From positions 297,446 through 361,445 of the IMG/VR virus record IMGVR_UViG_3300028833_000001: a stretch of 64,000 nt of DNA; one strand, 5' to 3'. Each line of letters begins with the position of its first letter. Positions within the stretch are counted from its first letter, which is position 1. The translations under genes and the position numbers were made by a program. The DNA is from a virus. Taxonomy: Duplodnaviria > Heunggongvirae > Uroviricota > Caudoviricetes. Below, one piece after another: positions 50,522 to 60,648 of this stretch. The notes beneath the pieces are model-generated. The model was not told where the DNA came from and ran no database searches. It worked only from the letters and a program-made list of their open reading frames with translations.

Positions 50522-50640
50522 CGGGGAGTAGCTCAGTTGGTTAGAGCGCGTAATGTAGATTCTTGTAAAAGAATCAAACAGCAATGTTTACGAATGTCAT
50601 TTGAAGACCGTGGTCGTGGGTTCGAGTCCCACCTCCCCAG
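50522..50640 (+). tRNA. tRNA-Gln(TTG) interrupted at 28/29 by a 45-nt insertion (50551-50595)
   Basis: Removing the insert gives CGGTC-ATTTGAA-GACCG; weak 1:72 pair, G73. Confidence 0.8.
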
Positions 50641-50648
50641 CAAATTAT

Positions 50649-50803
50649 ATTTGGCTAATTTGAGGTTCAAGAAGGCCCCCGTAAGATGGACAATCGTGGG
50701 GGCAATGCTTGAGATGGATACTGTGAAGGGACAGCCATAAGTCATGAAGTACAGTTAGATGTGGGGTCTGGTGGAATGACAGACTGTGTAGGATTAACCA
50801 AAT
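50649..50803 (+). ncRNA. Unidentified ~155-nt structured RNA
   Basis: ATTTGGCTAATTT/GGATTAACCAAAT; TCAAG/CTTGA; GCCCCC/GGGGGC; GGTCTG/CAGACT. Confidence 0.55.
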
Positions 50804-50807
50804 TTAT

Positions 50808-50878
50808 TGAGCCATCGTCTAACGGCAAGACACCAGATTTTGGTTCTGGGAATCGAGGTTCGAATCCTCGTGGCTCAA
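50808..50878 (+). tRNA. tRNA-Gln(TTG)
   Basis: U1-A72; CCAGA-TTTTGGT-TCTGG. Confidence 0.93.
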
Positions 50879-50885
50879 CAAACAA

Positions 50886-50958
50886 CTTCCCATAGTTCAA
50901 TGGATTAGAACGTGAGTCCACGAAACTCAAGATTGGGGTTCGAGTCCCTGTGGGGAGA
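50886..50958 (+). tRNA. tRNA-Arg(ACG) with C33
   Basis: TGAGT-CCACGAA-ACTCA, A20. Confidence 0.85.
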
Positions 50959-50996
50959 CTTAATACATATATCGAAATAGTTTCAATCCAGAATAT

Positions 50997-51071
50997 GCGT
51001 CTGTAGCTCAGTTTGGTTAGAGCACTACACTGATAATGTAGGGGTCGCTGGTTCAAGTCCAGCCAGACGCA
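50997..51071 (+). tRNA. tRNA-Ile(GAT)
   Basis: CTACA-CTGATAA-TGTAG. Confidence 0.95.
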
Positions 51072-51104
51072 CTTGAGTTGATGCTAACATGGCACAACTA
51101 TTAT

Positions 51105-51180
51105 GCGGGTGTAGCTCAGTTGGTTCAGTAGCGCTTGCCTTACAAGCAAGAGGTCGTAGGTTCGACTCCTACCATCCGCA
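51105..51180 (+). tRNA. tRNA-Val(TAC)
   Basis: CTTGC-CTTACAA-GCAAG. Confidence 0.92.
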
Positions 51181-51190
51181 CATTTATTAT

Positions 51191-51265
51191 GCTCCAGTAG
51201 CTCAATGGATGAGCGGCACCCTTCTAAGGTGCGGGTTGTAGGTTCGAGTCCTACCTGGAGTACCA
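51191..51265 (+). tRNA. tRNA-Arg(TCT)
   Basis: GCACC-CTTCTAA-GGTGC, encoded CCA. Confidence 0.95.
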
Positions 51266-51340
51266 TATATAGATAGGGCCGAATTGGTGATGGAATGCCA
51301 AAGTTAAATAAGCTTTGGTAAGTAAAGAAATGTTATCATT

Positions 51341-51586
51341 ATGAGTGAATTTGGAGAATTTAAAAGAAATAATTATTTGGTCAATCATCCGTATGGTAAT
51401 CCATATGAGAATAAAGCATTTGTGCTTACTGCGGAGCAACAAAAAGAGCTTGAACGCAAAGTGGATTTAGAATGGACATTGTATTATTTGAAGAAAGCAA
51501 TTAGATTGTTTGGTGATATTAAAATCAGTGATGCAATTGCCAAAACAAAACACGAACTTGAGCCTAAAATCAATTTTAAGCATTAA
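51341..51586 (+). CDS. Hypothetical protein
   Basis: 81-aa ORF after the array. Confidence 0.6.
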   Translation: MSEFGEFKRNNYLVNHPYGNPYENKAFVLTAEQQKELERKVDLEWTLYYLKKAIRLFGDIKISDAIAKTKHELEPKINFKH

Positions 51587-51602
51587 AAATGCATGTTTTA
51601 AA

Positions 51603-53267
51603 TTAAAAACCGCAATATGAAATTGTTTGAGATTGCATTTCAGCCCATATTGATGATGACCCGCTTAATTTAAGGTCGGTATTGTAGGCATGCGTCTTCC
51701 AGCATGGTTCGCATAGAATATATGATATATCAGCGTTTAATTCAATTTGAAGTGAATAATTATGAGTACTTGACGTTCCAGTTGCAGTTAAAGACGCATC
51801 TGTAAGTGTTTGGTTTGTATATGCCACGCCAGAAGAAGTTGATATTGTTGTAGTTGTATCAGTATAATATGGGGCGACATATGTTAATTCAAATGTTTCA
51901 GAGACTATTGAAGTGTTTGTTGTGTTGTCAAATAAGGTGTATATGGCGCTACCGCTAAGAACTGTTATTGAGTGAAATTTTGAATATGTAATACCACTTA
52001 AATAACAATTAATTATTGGTGACGCAATCATAATGGTTGTAGCGTTTGGGGCTGAAAATGTTGCAACATTTCCAGTAAGTGACATATTTCCTGAATATAC
52101 ACGCGCATTTGAAAACCATTCAGAACTATTTTGGTCGAATGACCCAGCTAGGTTTGAAAAATCTTCAATTGAAGTATAGTTATTATAATCAGTCGATGGA
52201 GTGTATGTTTTAATACTTGTAACTTCACCGCTCCAGTAAGATGTAGTGATATACCCAGTAATTGGTGGGTTTTCAGGAAAATCATCTCCAGGGTTATAAG
52301 GATTAGTTCTTAAATAATCTTCAATTCTAAGTGTAAGTATATCTTGATTTGTGGCTATTGTACTGTAAACAAAAGGTTGGTTACTCAATTCAGGCGGTTG
52401 CTGCACTCTTGAATAATTTTTATAGTTACCAAGACTTTGTGCTATATTTGGTATTATATCAGGAAACGTTTCTTCAAGTCTTAAATTTGATGCAACCTCT
52501 CCGTCTCCGCTTAAAATATGATTAAAGCTATTATATAGCGCAAAGATATTACTACTAGTTTGCGTTGCTTCGTATAGTCTTGTGGTTTTTATTGATGGTT
52601 TAAACCCATTACGTGATGCTTTAAAATAAGATATAGTACCAGGTATCCCGCTTACATATGTGTTGTTTCCAGTATTACCTGTTACTACGATATTACCATC
52701 ATGCCCAGAATATACATAATTTACATTAGAAATTGAACAATTATTGGTGTCTATAAAGTTATGCGTTGTACTGATTGGGAATTGTCTGACATTAACTGAA
52801 CCAATTTTAGGGTATGATGGCGAAAAAGTTTTAATACCAGTTTCAACACCGTCATATATTTCAGAATATATTGTCCAATAGAATGGGTTATCGTCACCGT
52901 GAATTTCGTCAGCCACATAATCAAAGTATCCGTTTTCCCTTGTAGAAAGCGTGAAAGGTATGAACGTATTCCCTGTCATGGTATATCGTTTGTCTCTTTG
53001 ATATTTGTCTATTTCTCTAGAGTCCAACCAAGGAGGAAGATATAATGTATTCGTAATAACAACACCAGAATTCCAAATTGACACGTCGCGTCCGCTGTTT
53101 CTTTCTAACAGACTTCTGCATTGTGTAACATTTCCTCCGCTCACAATAAAAAATGGGTTTGTTTGTCTGTCAGTTATGATAATAGAGTTTTCTATTGGCG
53201 TTCTTCCGTCAGCATGATAAACAGAAAAATTAAATTCAAATTTCCAAAATAATTTATTTACAGCCAT
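51603..53267 (-). CDS. Hypothetical S/T/N-rich protein (probable virion component)
   Basis: 554 aa, beta-rich. CTATTTAT lies on the minus strand at 53286-53293. Confidence 0.65.
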   Translation of the reverse strand: MAVNKLFWKFEFNFSVYHADGRTPIENSIIITDRQTNPFFIVSGGNVTQCRSLLERNSGRDVSIWNSGVVITNTLYLPPWLDSREIDKYQRDKRYTMTGNTFIPFTLSTRENGYFDYVADEIHGDDNPFYWTIYSEIYDGVETGIKTFSPSYPKIGSVNVRQFPISTTHNFIDTNNCSISNVNYVYSGHDGNIVVTGNTGNNTYVSGIPGTISYFKASRNGFKPSIKTTRLYEATQTSSNIFALYNSFNHILSGDGEVASNLRLEETFPDIIPNIAQSLGNYKNYSRVQQPPELSNQPFVYSTIATNQDILTLRIEDYLRTNPYNPGDDFPENPPITGYITTSYWSGEVTSIKTYTPSTDYNNYTSIEDFSNLAGSFDQNSSEWFSNARVYSGNMSLTGNVATFSAPNATTIMIASPIINCYLSGITYSKFHSITVLSGSAIYTLFDNTTNTSIVSETFELTYVAPYYTDTTTTISTSSGVAYTNQTLTDASLTATGTSSTHNYSLQIELNADISYILCEPCWKTHAYNTDLKLSGSSSIWAEMQSQTISYCGF

Positions 53268-53345
53268 TTAATTTTAATATTTTCTATAAATAGAAATTTG
53301 GTTTTATAATTTTTTTTTTGTTTTATTACAATAAAAATGAAATAG

Positions 53346-54014
53346 ATGAAAAAACTAAGAAATTTTAAAGTTGAAAATGCGTGCTCAAATTGTTCTACCC
53401 GTTTGTCTTGTCAGTTAAAAGAAAGAATAGAGGGTGACAGCGAAAACCCAAGGTTGAATTGTGATTATTACGAAATGGATGACGATGCATTATCGTGTGA
53501 TAATTGTAAGATAAAGGATAATTGTCCTGGTTATTTACCACAAGCGGCCACATGTACTGAATTTGTCCTCGACTATCACTATACCTGTTATGACTGTGAA
53601 AAACAAGATACATGTAAAAGCTTCAAGGAAGACGGTGATATTTGTGATAAATTTGTAGAAGCCAGATACTATCTAACCGACAAGGGGTGTTTTATGCTTG
53701 CGTGCGTAAATGTTCTAGGTGAATGGTGTTTTGAAAACGAATTAATTGATGAACTCTTTGAGAGTTATAAGCATAATATGTACATAAATGGGTTGATATC
53801 AGAAGGTGATTGTAAAATTGTTGAGGTGGTTAAAGAGTTTTTGAAGGACGTAAAGCGAGTGTTTTCTGGGAAAGGGCGTAAAAATTCATATGATATTTTC
53901 ATGGAACTTGCAAATAGAAATGAATATGCAGAGTTGTTTGAAGATGATAATCAGAAAAAAGAAGTGTATTCAACATTTTTAAAAATAATGAAAGAACAAG
54001 ATTTAATTAAATAA
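53346..54014 (+). CDS. Protein with three N-terminal CxxC-x4-C..C repeats
   Basis: CSNC..C, CDNC..C and CYDC..C units. Confidence 0.65.
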   Translation: MKKLRNFKVENACSNCSTRLSCQLKERIEGDSENPRLNCDYYEMDDDALSCDNCKIKDNCPGYLPQAATCTEFVLDYHYTCYDCEKQDTCKSFKEDGDICDKFVEARYYLTDKGCFMLACVNVLGEWCFENELIDELFESYKHNMYINGLISEGDCKIVEVVKEFLKDVKRVFSGKGRKNSYDIFMELANRNEYAELFEDDNQKKEVYSTFLKIMKEQDLIK

Positions 54015-54018
54015 ATTT

Positions 54019-54894
54019 ATGGATAAATCAGAAAAAATTAAGTTGTTCATTAATGAAATTAATGATATTAAAGGAGAGAAGGCTAGAAAATTTGCCGAGG
54101 AGTTAATTGGTAATGCTGATGATTATTTTTTCTCAGTTCCAGCAAGTTCAAGCGGAAAATATCACCCTCAGTTTGATTTAGGGCTTGGTGGTTTAGTTAG
54201 ACATACAAGATGTGTTACTTTTTTTGCTGAAGCAATGGCAGAGTCTTTGGATTTTGATGATAACACTACCGATTTGTTGATTATTGCCGCACTAGCGCAT
54301 GATATTAGAAAGCAGGGCGACAACACAGGACATACTGTAAGAGAGCATCCAATTTTAGCATCAAAATATGTAAAGGAATTGAACAAATCAAACAATCTTC
54401 TTAGTGAGTCAGAAGTTGATATGATTTGTGGTGCTGTTGAATCGCACATGGGAAAATGGGAGCATAAAAAATGTTTTGTTAAATTCAACGAGGATGCATA
54501 TCCGATGCCAAAGACTGATTTTGAAAAAGCGTTACAAGCAGCTGATTATGTAGCAAGTCGAAAGGAAATACTTGATTTTAATTTCAGGCCGACAGAGCAA
54601 GTAATTGTTGAAGAGGTTGAACCAAAGAAATACGAAGGGGACCCAGGAGACTATATTATTGATTTCGGGAAGAAATATGGTGGTCAGAACAAGACAATCC
54701 GTGAGATTCACGAAACAGAAAAGGCTATAGACCCGACAAGAAGCAGTTATATAGAATGGATGGTAGGTTGCGAAGATTTTCATTTTGTTGAGGCACAAGA
54801 AATGGCAAGAAAATATTTGGAATCTTTGAAAAAAAATGATATTATTACAGAGAATTCAAATGTCAACAATAGTTGTGACGATTTACCGTTTTAA
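54019..54894 (+). CDS. HD-domain phosphohydrolase
   Basis: PASSSGKYHP..GGLVRHT, AALAHD, SHMG, ADYVAS; C-terminal FGKKY module. Confidence 0.85.
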   Translation: MDKSEKIKLFINEINDIKGEKARKFAEELIGNADDYFFSVPASSSGKYHPQFDLGLGGLVRHTRCVTFFAEAMAESLDFDDNTTDLLIIAALAHDIRKQGDNTGHTVREHPILASKYVKELNKSNNLLSESEVDMICGAVESHMGKWEHKKCFVKFNEDAYPMPKTDFEKALQAADYVASRKEILDFNFRPTEQVIVEEVEPKKYEGDPGDYIIDFGKKYGGQNKTIREIHETEKAIDPTRSSYIEWMVGCEDFHFVEAQEMARKYLESLKKNDIITENSNVNNSCDDLPF

Positions 54895-54915
54895 TTAAAA
54901 ATTTAAATTTACAAT

Positions 54916-56034
54916 ATGGACAATAAATTGTATTTCAAAAGAGAAAATGTTTATCAACAAATTGGTGGTGGTGTTGACATTGTTGACCGTCTTCCTGTTG
55001 GTGTTTATCGCTTGTACTATGACTCTATGAAGGATGAATTTTCTTTGGAGTTGTGGCAACCAAAGTTTAGTTTTGAGTTTAAGCTGTACGGTTTGGATGA
55101 GAAATTTGTAAATCACGTCATTGTGACTTACAAAAATCAAAAGGCTAAACATAATATTGGTGTGCTGCTTAACGGCGAAAAGGGTGCTGGTAAGACTGTT
55201 ACGGCTAAATATTTGTGCAATGAGTTGAATTTGCCAGTGATTATTTGTGATACCAATTACAAGAACATCGACATGTTCATTTCAAGTATTGACCAGGATT
55301 GTGTTTTCTTTTTTGATGAATTTGAGAAGAATTTCCAAATGAGAAACCAATATGATGATGATTGTGCTGGTCAAAATCTTTTGAGTGTTATGGATGGTTT
55401 GAATAACGCCAATAAGACACACATTTTCATTTTGACAACAAACAACAAATATATTGATTCAAATCTTATGTCAAGACCTTCGAGAATTAGATATATTAAG
55501 GAGTTTGAGAGTATTCTTAGTAAGGACGTTGTTATTGATTATCTGAACGATAACCTTGAGTATAAAGAATATTTCGATGACATTATTAACTTGTTTTCGA
55601 AAATGGAAACAATTACTATGGATATTCTGAAGTGTGTTGTTGATGAGGTTAACATGCATAATTGTCCCGTGTCAGAGTTTGAAGGTATTTTTAATTTCAC
55701 CGAGAAAGAGCATAGTTACTATGGAGTGAAATATGATTTTCAGGCTAAAGACGAGGAAGAATTTAAATATAATGTTGAGAAGTTTTATGAAATGTATAAT
55801 AACAAGGAGAATTGTTATTACAACACGAGAGAACTTTCATTTGCTAAGCCATTTGACAGACTAACTATTGGCGATTCTGATTATTACGGCAGAGATGAAA
55901 TTTATTACATTGACATGGACCGTAAAATTATTGTAATGTCAGATGGCGGACTTGATTTTGGTATGTACATCTTCCCATACACATCAAATAGAAATAAGAA
56001 AATTGGACAAGCTGAAAAATCGTGGCAGGAATAG
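54916..56034 (+). CDS. AAA+ ATPase
   Basis: GEKGAGKT, FFDEFEK, LTTN, SRPSRI. Confidence 0.9.
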   Translation: MDNKLYFKRENVYQQIGGGVDIVDRLPVGVYRLYYDSMKDEFSLELWQPKFSFEFKLYGLDEKFVNHVIVTYKNQKAKHNIGVLLNGEKGAGKTVTAKYLCNELNLPVIICDTNYKNIDMFISSIDQDCVFFFDEFEKNFQMRNQYDDDCAGQNLLSVMDGLNNANKTHIFILTTNNKYIDSNLMSRPSRIRYIKEFESILSKDVVIDYLNDNLEYKEYFDDIINLFSKMETITMDILKCVVDEVNMHNCPVSEFEGIFNFTEKEHSYYGVKYDFQAKDEEEFKYNVEKFYEMYNNKENCYYNTRELSFAKPFDRLTIGDSDYYGRDEIYYIDMDRKIIVMSDGGLDFGMYIFPYTSNRNKKIGQAEKSWQE

Positions 56035-56549
56035 GTGATATAGTACAAACATTTTATAAAAATGGTAAAGTAGTTGAAGCCAAATTCGCCAATGATTTGA
56101 TTTCTGAAGATGGTGGTGAAATTATTCCATCTACAGAATATGATGACACACAACGGCACATTGACCTATTTTGGAAATATTCAGAAGAAAAACGCCCTGT
56201 CGGTTTTGATGTAAAGGGTGCTAGAAAAAGGTCAAGATATGATACTACAGTTAATTACAATTCAACCTGGCTGGAGTTACAAAATGTTAACGGACAGCCA
56301 GGTTCGATGTATGGTGATGCTGACTATATAGTATTTGAAGGAGAAAATACATGGTTTATAACTAATAGAAGTAATTTATTGAATAAACTATTATCAGAAA
56401 TTTCTGATAATACTATATATACAGACAATCCAAAATGCTATTTTAAAAAATATCAAAGGGCTAAATGGGGTAGAAAAGATATTATAGTTGAAGTCCCAAT
56501 TACCTTTATTGAAGATTGCACAGTGAAAAAAGTGATGAAAAATGTTTAA
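56022..56549 (+). CDS. PD-(D/E)XK-like nuclease-fold protein
   Basis: E..F, HIDLF and FDVKG motifs. Confidence 0.5.
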   Translation: MAGIGDIVQTFYKNGKVVEAKFANDLISEDGGEIIPSTEYDDTQRHIDLFWKYSEEKRPVGFDVKGARKRSRYDTTVNYNSTWLELQNVNGQPGSMYGDADYIVFEGENTWFITNRSNLLNKLLSEISDNTIYTDNPKCYFKKYQRAKWGRKDIIVEVPITFIEDCTVKKVMKNV

Positions 56550-56892
56550 TATTACAGATTTAATGTTTGGCGATTATATCCAAAATTCAAATGGAGCTAT
56601 TTTCAGAATGACAGAGGCCATTTTTACTCGCTATCTTAATGATAATTTATTTGGCATTATTTTTAAGCCAATAGAATTAACTGATGAGATTCTTGAAATA
56701 AATTTCCCAGATACAGATATTCTTTCATGGTGGGCTACTGGTAAAGATGGATATTATCATATAGAGATTGAACAAGATGATTTCGATGACAATCTTGGTG
56801 GAACTGAAGTTATTATTAAATTAAAATATGTCCATGAATTGCAACATTTATTAAAAATTTGTAATATAGATAAAGATATTGAATTAAAATAA
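56542..56892 (+). CDS. Hypothetical phage protein
   Basis: PIELTDEIL...YVHELQHLL pattern. Confidence 0.7.
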   Translation: MFNITDLMFGDYIQNSNGAIFRMTEAIFTRYLNDNLFGIIFKPIELTDEILEINFPDTDILSWWATGKDGYYHIEIEQDDFDDNLGGTEVIIKLKYVHELQHLLKICNIDKDIELK

Positions 56893-56899
56893 ATTATAT

Positions 56900-57490
56900 A
56901 TGGGTTTTAGATTTAGTTTATATTGTGTTCCTCGCACAACGGTTGAAAAGTTTCGAAATATAACAAATGAAGAGTGTGAATCTGATTGTGTTTATGATGA
57001 ACTTACAAAAGAAAAAGTCATGTATGACACATTAACAGATATACTTAGGTATGACAGTCAAGGTAAATTTTCCGACAGATTGTTCAATAACAAAGTTGAT
57101 ATCGAGTGCGATTTGTCATTTGTTACAATTTCAAAGGAGCAACTATTAAATATTATAGAAGAAGTAAGAGTAAATCATATATTAAAATGGTTTGACGGAA
57201 GACGAATTGACAGTGATACAGAACTTGGCAGTGAATGGAATAAAGACCAAGATGTTGAAAAAGCTTTGAGAGCAAATCAAGGTGAATGGAATTGGAAAGC
57301 TAATAGATGGAAAACATCTTGGTTTGATGAGGACAAAGGAATAAACGGATATCTCAATATAAATATTGACACTAATAACAAGTGGATTGTTAGCGGTGGT
57401 TGGTCATATGAGTATTTGATATTCGACCTAATCCATATATTGAAGATTTTTGATTGGGAAAACGATGTGTTAGTCGCAATCGGTGGCTAA
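56900..57490 (+). CDS. Hypothetical protein
   Basis: 196-aa ORF. Confidence 0.65.
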   Translation: MGFRFSLYCVPRTTVEKFRNITNEECESDCVYDELTKEKVMYDTLTDILRYDSQGKFSDRLFNNKVDIECDLSFVTISKEQLLNIIEEVRVNHILKWFDGRRIDSDTELGSEWNKDQDVEKALRANQGEWNWKANRWKTSWFDEDKGINGYLNINIDTNNKWIVSGGWSYEYLIFDLIHILKIFDWENDVLVAIGG

Positions 57491-57582
57491 CATTGAAAAC
57501 AATTTGGTTTTTTAAAAATAAAATTGTATAATAATATAATTACAAGATAAGAAATAATAATAATTTTAATAAAAATTTAGAA

Positions 57583-59469
57583 ATGAGTAAAATTATAGGT
57601 TTGGATTTGGGTTCAACTTTGAGTGAAGTTGCGGTAATGGAAGGCGGTCAACCGACAATTTTAATTAATGAAGAAGGTAGTCGCACAACTCCTTCTGTAA
57701 TTTCGTTCAGTGAAAATGGAGAGCGGAAAGTTGGTGCGGCAGCTAAAAGACAAGCAATTACAAACCCAAAGGGAACTGTTGTTCTTATTAAGCGTTTTAT
57801 GGGTGGGACTTATGATGAAATTAAAGACAACATCACACATGTACAGTATGATGTTGACAATGTTGATGGATATCCGAGAGTTAAAATTGGTGATAGGCAT
57901 TATTCTCCAGAGGAATTGTCAGCCATGATTCTTACAAAGTTGAAACAAACAGCAGAAAACTCTTTAGGGGAAGAAGTAAAGGATGCGGTTATTACAGTTC
58001 CTGCTTATTTTAATGATGCGCAAAGAGAAGCAACAAAGCGTGCAGGTGAAATAGCTGGGCTAAATGTGAGAAGAATTGTAGCAGAGCCAACCGCCGCCAT
58101 TCTTTCCTCAAATATTGACATGAAAAAGGGAGGAAAGTACCTAGTTGTTGACTATGGTGGCAGCACTCTTGATTTTTCAGTTGCAGACATCTCAGATGGT
58201 GTTGTTGAAATTTTAGCCTCAAATGGTGATGTGTATTGTGGTGGTAGTGACCTCGACAAATTGGTTGCTGACTATGTTGTGTCTGAATTTAATAAATCCG
58301 ACGGAGTTGATTTGTCTAAGGATTCTATGGCTATGCAGCGTGTTTATGATGCGGCTGAAAAGGCAAAGATGGAGTTGTCGAACACTATGAACACAGAGAT
58401 TAATTTGCCATATATTACAGCTGTTGACGGCGCACCTAAACATTTGGCAATTTCATTGAGCAGGGCAAAATTCGAATCACTTATTGATAAAGAAATTGCG
58501 AAGGTTATCAATCTTGGCAAAGAAGCTGTTAATAAGGCGAAGATTACAAATAATGACCTTGACGGTGTGCTTCTTGTCGGTGGTTCAACAAGAATCCCGA
58601 AGGTACAGGATGAACTTACAAAAGCTTTTGGAAAACCGTTGTTGAAGAATATCAATCCTGATGAAGCAGTCGCTCTTGGCGCAGCTGTTCAAGCAGCAAT
58701 TCTTAGCGGAGATAAAAATGATATTGTTTTGCTTGATGTTACTCCATTGAATCTTGGTATTGATACAATGGGTGGTGTAATGGCAAATATTGTTGAAGCT
58801 AATACTACAATTCCATGTAAAAAAAGTCAGATTTTCACAACAGCAGAAGATAATCAGCCAGCTGTAACTATTGTTGTAGCACAAGGCAATAGACCGTTGA
58901 CACGTGATAATAAGCAAATCGGTGTGTTTACTCTTGACGGTATTCTGCCAGCAAGACGTGGAGTTCCTCAAATTGAAGTCACATTCGACATTGATTCAAA
59001 CGGTATCTTGTCCGTGTCGGCTAAGGATACTGGTACGAATAAAGAGCAGCATATCACGATTGAGTCATCATCATCATTAACTGACGAGGATATTGAAAGA
59101 ATGAGAAAAGAGGCCGAAGAGCATGCTGAGGAAGACAAGAAAACAGCTGAAAATATGGCAACAATAAATATGGCCGATTCATTATCATTTAGTATTGAAA
59201 AATCTATAGATGAAATGGGTGACAAAATTACAGAAGATGAAAAAACAAAATTGACTGAAAAAATAGAAAAACTTCGTGAAGTTGTTAAAGCCAAAGATGT
59301 TGAAAACGTTAAAGCATCTCAAAAAGAGTTGCTAGATATTTGGAACCCTATAGCTGAGAGACTTTATAAGTCAGATAGCGCATCAACATCGACTAATTCT
59401 ACTGATTCGCCTTTTGGTGATTTTAGTAAACAAAATCCGTTTGGCGGTGATAATATATTTACGAAATAA
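57583..59469 (+). CDS. dnaK: Hsp70 chaperone DnaK
   Basis: [51 protein letters not shown] linker, [10 protein letters not shown]. Confidence 0.96.
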   Translation: MSKIIGLDLGSTLSEVAVMEGGQPTILINEEGSRTTPSVISFSENGERKVGAAAKRQAITNPKGTVVLIKRFMGGTYDEIKDNITHVQYDVDNVDGYPRVKIGDRHYSPEELSAMILTKLKQTAENSLGEEVKDAVITVPAYFNDAQREATKRAGEIAGLNVRRIVAEPTAAILSSNIDMKKGGKYLVVDYGGSTLDFSVADISDGVVEILASNGDVYCGGSDLDKLVADYVVSEFNKSDGVDLSKDSMAMQRVYDAAEKAKMELSNTMNTEINLPYITAVDGAPKHLAISLSRAKFESLIDKEIAKVINLGKEAVNKAKITNNDLDGVLLVGGSTRIPKVQDELTKAFGKPLLKNINPDEAVALGAAVQAAILSGDKNDIVLLDVTPLNLGIDTMGGVMANIVEANTTIPCKKSQIFTTAEDNQPAVTIVVAQGNRPLTRDNKQIGVFTLDGILPARRGVPQIEVTFDIDSNGILSVSAKDTGTNKEQHITIESSSSLTDEDIERMRKEAEEHAEEDKKTAENMATINMADSLSFSIEKSIDEMGDKITEDEKTKLTEKIEKLREVVKAKDVENVKASQKELLDIWNPIAERLYKSDSASTSTNSTDSPFGDFSKQNPFGGDNIFTK

Positions 59470-59497
59470 TAATATTAAATGTTGAATTTAATTACCA

Positions 59498-59524
59498 AAA
59501 GTCAGCTTAGGCTGGCTTTTTTTT
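59498..59524 (+). terminator. Intrinsic terminator
   Basis: AAAGTCAGC-TTAG-GCTGGCTTT followed by a T tract. Confidence 0.75.
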
Positions 59525-59558
59525 GTTAAATAATCTATATATGTAAAAAACAAATTAT

Positions 59559-60221
59559 ATGGCGATATCAAATAAGCATAAACAATTAATTGTTGTTGCA
59601 TTTTTATGTATATTAAGCGTTATTGGTGGTTTTTTTATTGGCAGGTCAAGAATTAAGGATAAAAATCCGACAACGGTGACCGAATATATTCAAGGTCCTA
59701 CAATACATGACACAATCAACAAACCAATTCCATATAACGTTATACTACCAATAGATACTATTGGGATAATACAACAATGTGTTAGAGACGGAATATATGT
59801 TGAATTATTTCCAACTAAAATAGTTACTGAATACGTTGAGGTTACAAGAGAGGATACATCTGTTATTATGACTGATTGGGCAACGACAAGACAATACGCA
59901 GAAACATTGTTTGATATTGATACAATTGGCAAATGCGATATTCAGGCTGAAGTTCAGTACAACAGATTAAAGTATTTGGGCTATAATTACACTCCAATTA
60001 TTAAAACTGTGACTATTATAGAAACGAAAGTTAAGGCTTTTAGTCCATTTATCGGTATTAACACCGCTTTAAATCCTTGGAAATCTCAAGCAATGGACCC
60101 TATGGCTGGAATTAATGCTGGCTTTTTTATAAAAGAAAAATATGGAATACAATTACAGTATAATCATGCATTTTATACTAATAATGATTTTATTGGCGTT
60201 AATTTATTGTATAAATTCTAA
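59559..60221 (+). CDS. N-terminally membrane-anchored protein
   Basis: TM helix at aa 10-27; C-terminal beta strands ending YKF. Confidence 0.65.
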   Translation: MAISNKHKQLIVVAFLCILSVIGGFFIGRSRIKDKNPTTVTEYIQGPTIHDTINKPIPYNVILPIDTIGIIQQCVRDGIYVELFPTKIVTEYVEVTREDTSVIMTDWATTRQYAETLFDIDTIGKCDIQAEVQYNRLKYLGYNYTPIIKTVTIIETKVKAFSPFIGINTALNPWKSQAMDPMAGINAGFFIKEKYGIQLQYNHAFYTNNDFIGVNLLYKF

Positions 60222-60254
60222 ATTAATTTACTATTTATGAAAAAAAGGAATAAA

Positions 60255-60572
60255 ATGTCATCAATAAAAGAAAAAATAGATATCATTTGCGATAAAATCA
60301 AAAAACAAAATGCTAGAGGAATTGAGTGGATTGGTATAGACGGGTTGGCAAATGCAGAATCAGCCGCGCTTTTAACGCTTTTTTTAATGATGTTCTGTTC
60401 TATAGTGTGGGCAATGGCTATAAGTGTTTTTTTAGTTATGGGTAAATGTATTCTAGATAAAAAACGTGGCAATAAAAATGAGAAGCATGATTTTATTTGT
60501 GCTTGTATAGGAGTTTTAGTTGGGGTTATTCTTGGCGTTGCCTTATCGCACGCTTCATTAGTTCTTTTTTGA
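60255..60572 (+). CDS. Small membrane protein
   Basis: Hydrophobic segments. Start placed at MSSIK after ACTATTTAT (60230-60238). Confidence 0.6.
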   Translation: MSSIKEKIDIICDKIKKQNARGIEWIGIDGLANAESAALLTLFLMMFCSIVWAMAISVFLVMGKCILDKKRGNKNEKHDFICACIGVLVGVILGVALSHASLVLF

Positions 60573-60648
60573 TAAGATATTTTTTTATTTTAAACGTACA
60601 GCACCAACTATTTGTTGGTGTTTTTTTTATTTGGTTTGCGGTGTTATA

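Noticed and set aside
42395-51266. Many 60-150 aa ORFs across the RNA array
   Set aside because: They overlap tRNAs/ncRNAs and translate T-loop sequence (GFEP, DSNP), so they are not credible proteins
42400-51300. tmRNA, RNase P RNA, theta/HDV or hammerhead ribozymes
   Set aside because: I found no GAGGAAAGTCC/ACAGAA..CGGC pair, no tag ORF with an Ala-type acceptor, and no convincing ribozyme cores by eye. Divergent versions are not excluded.
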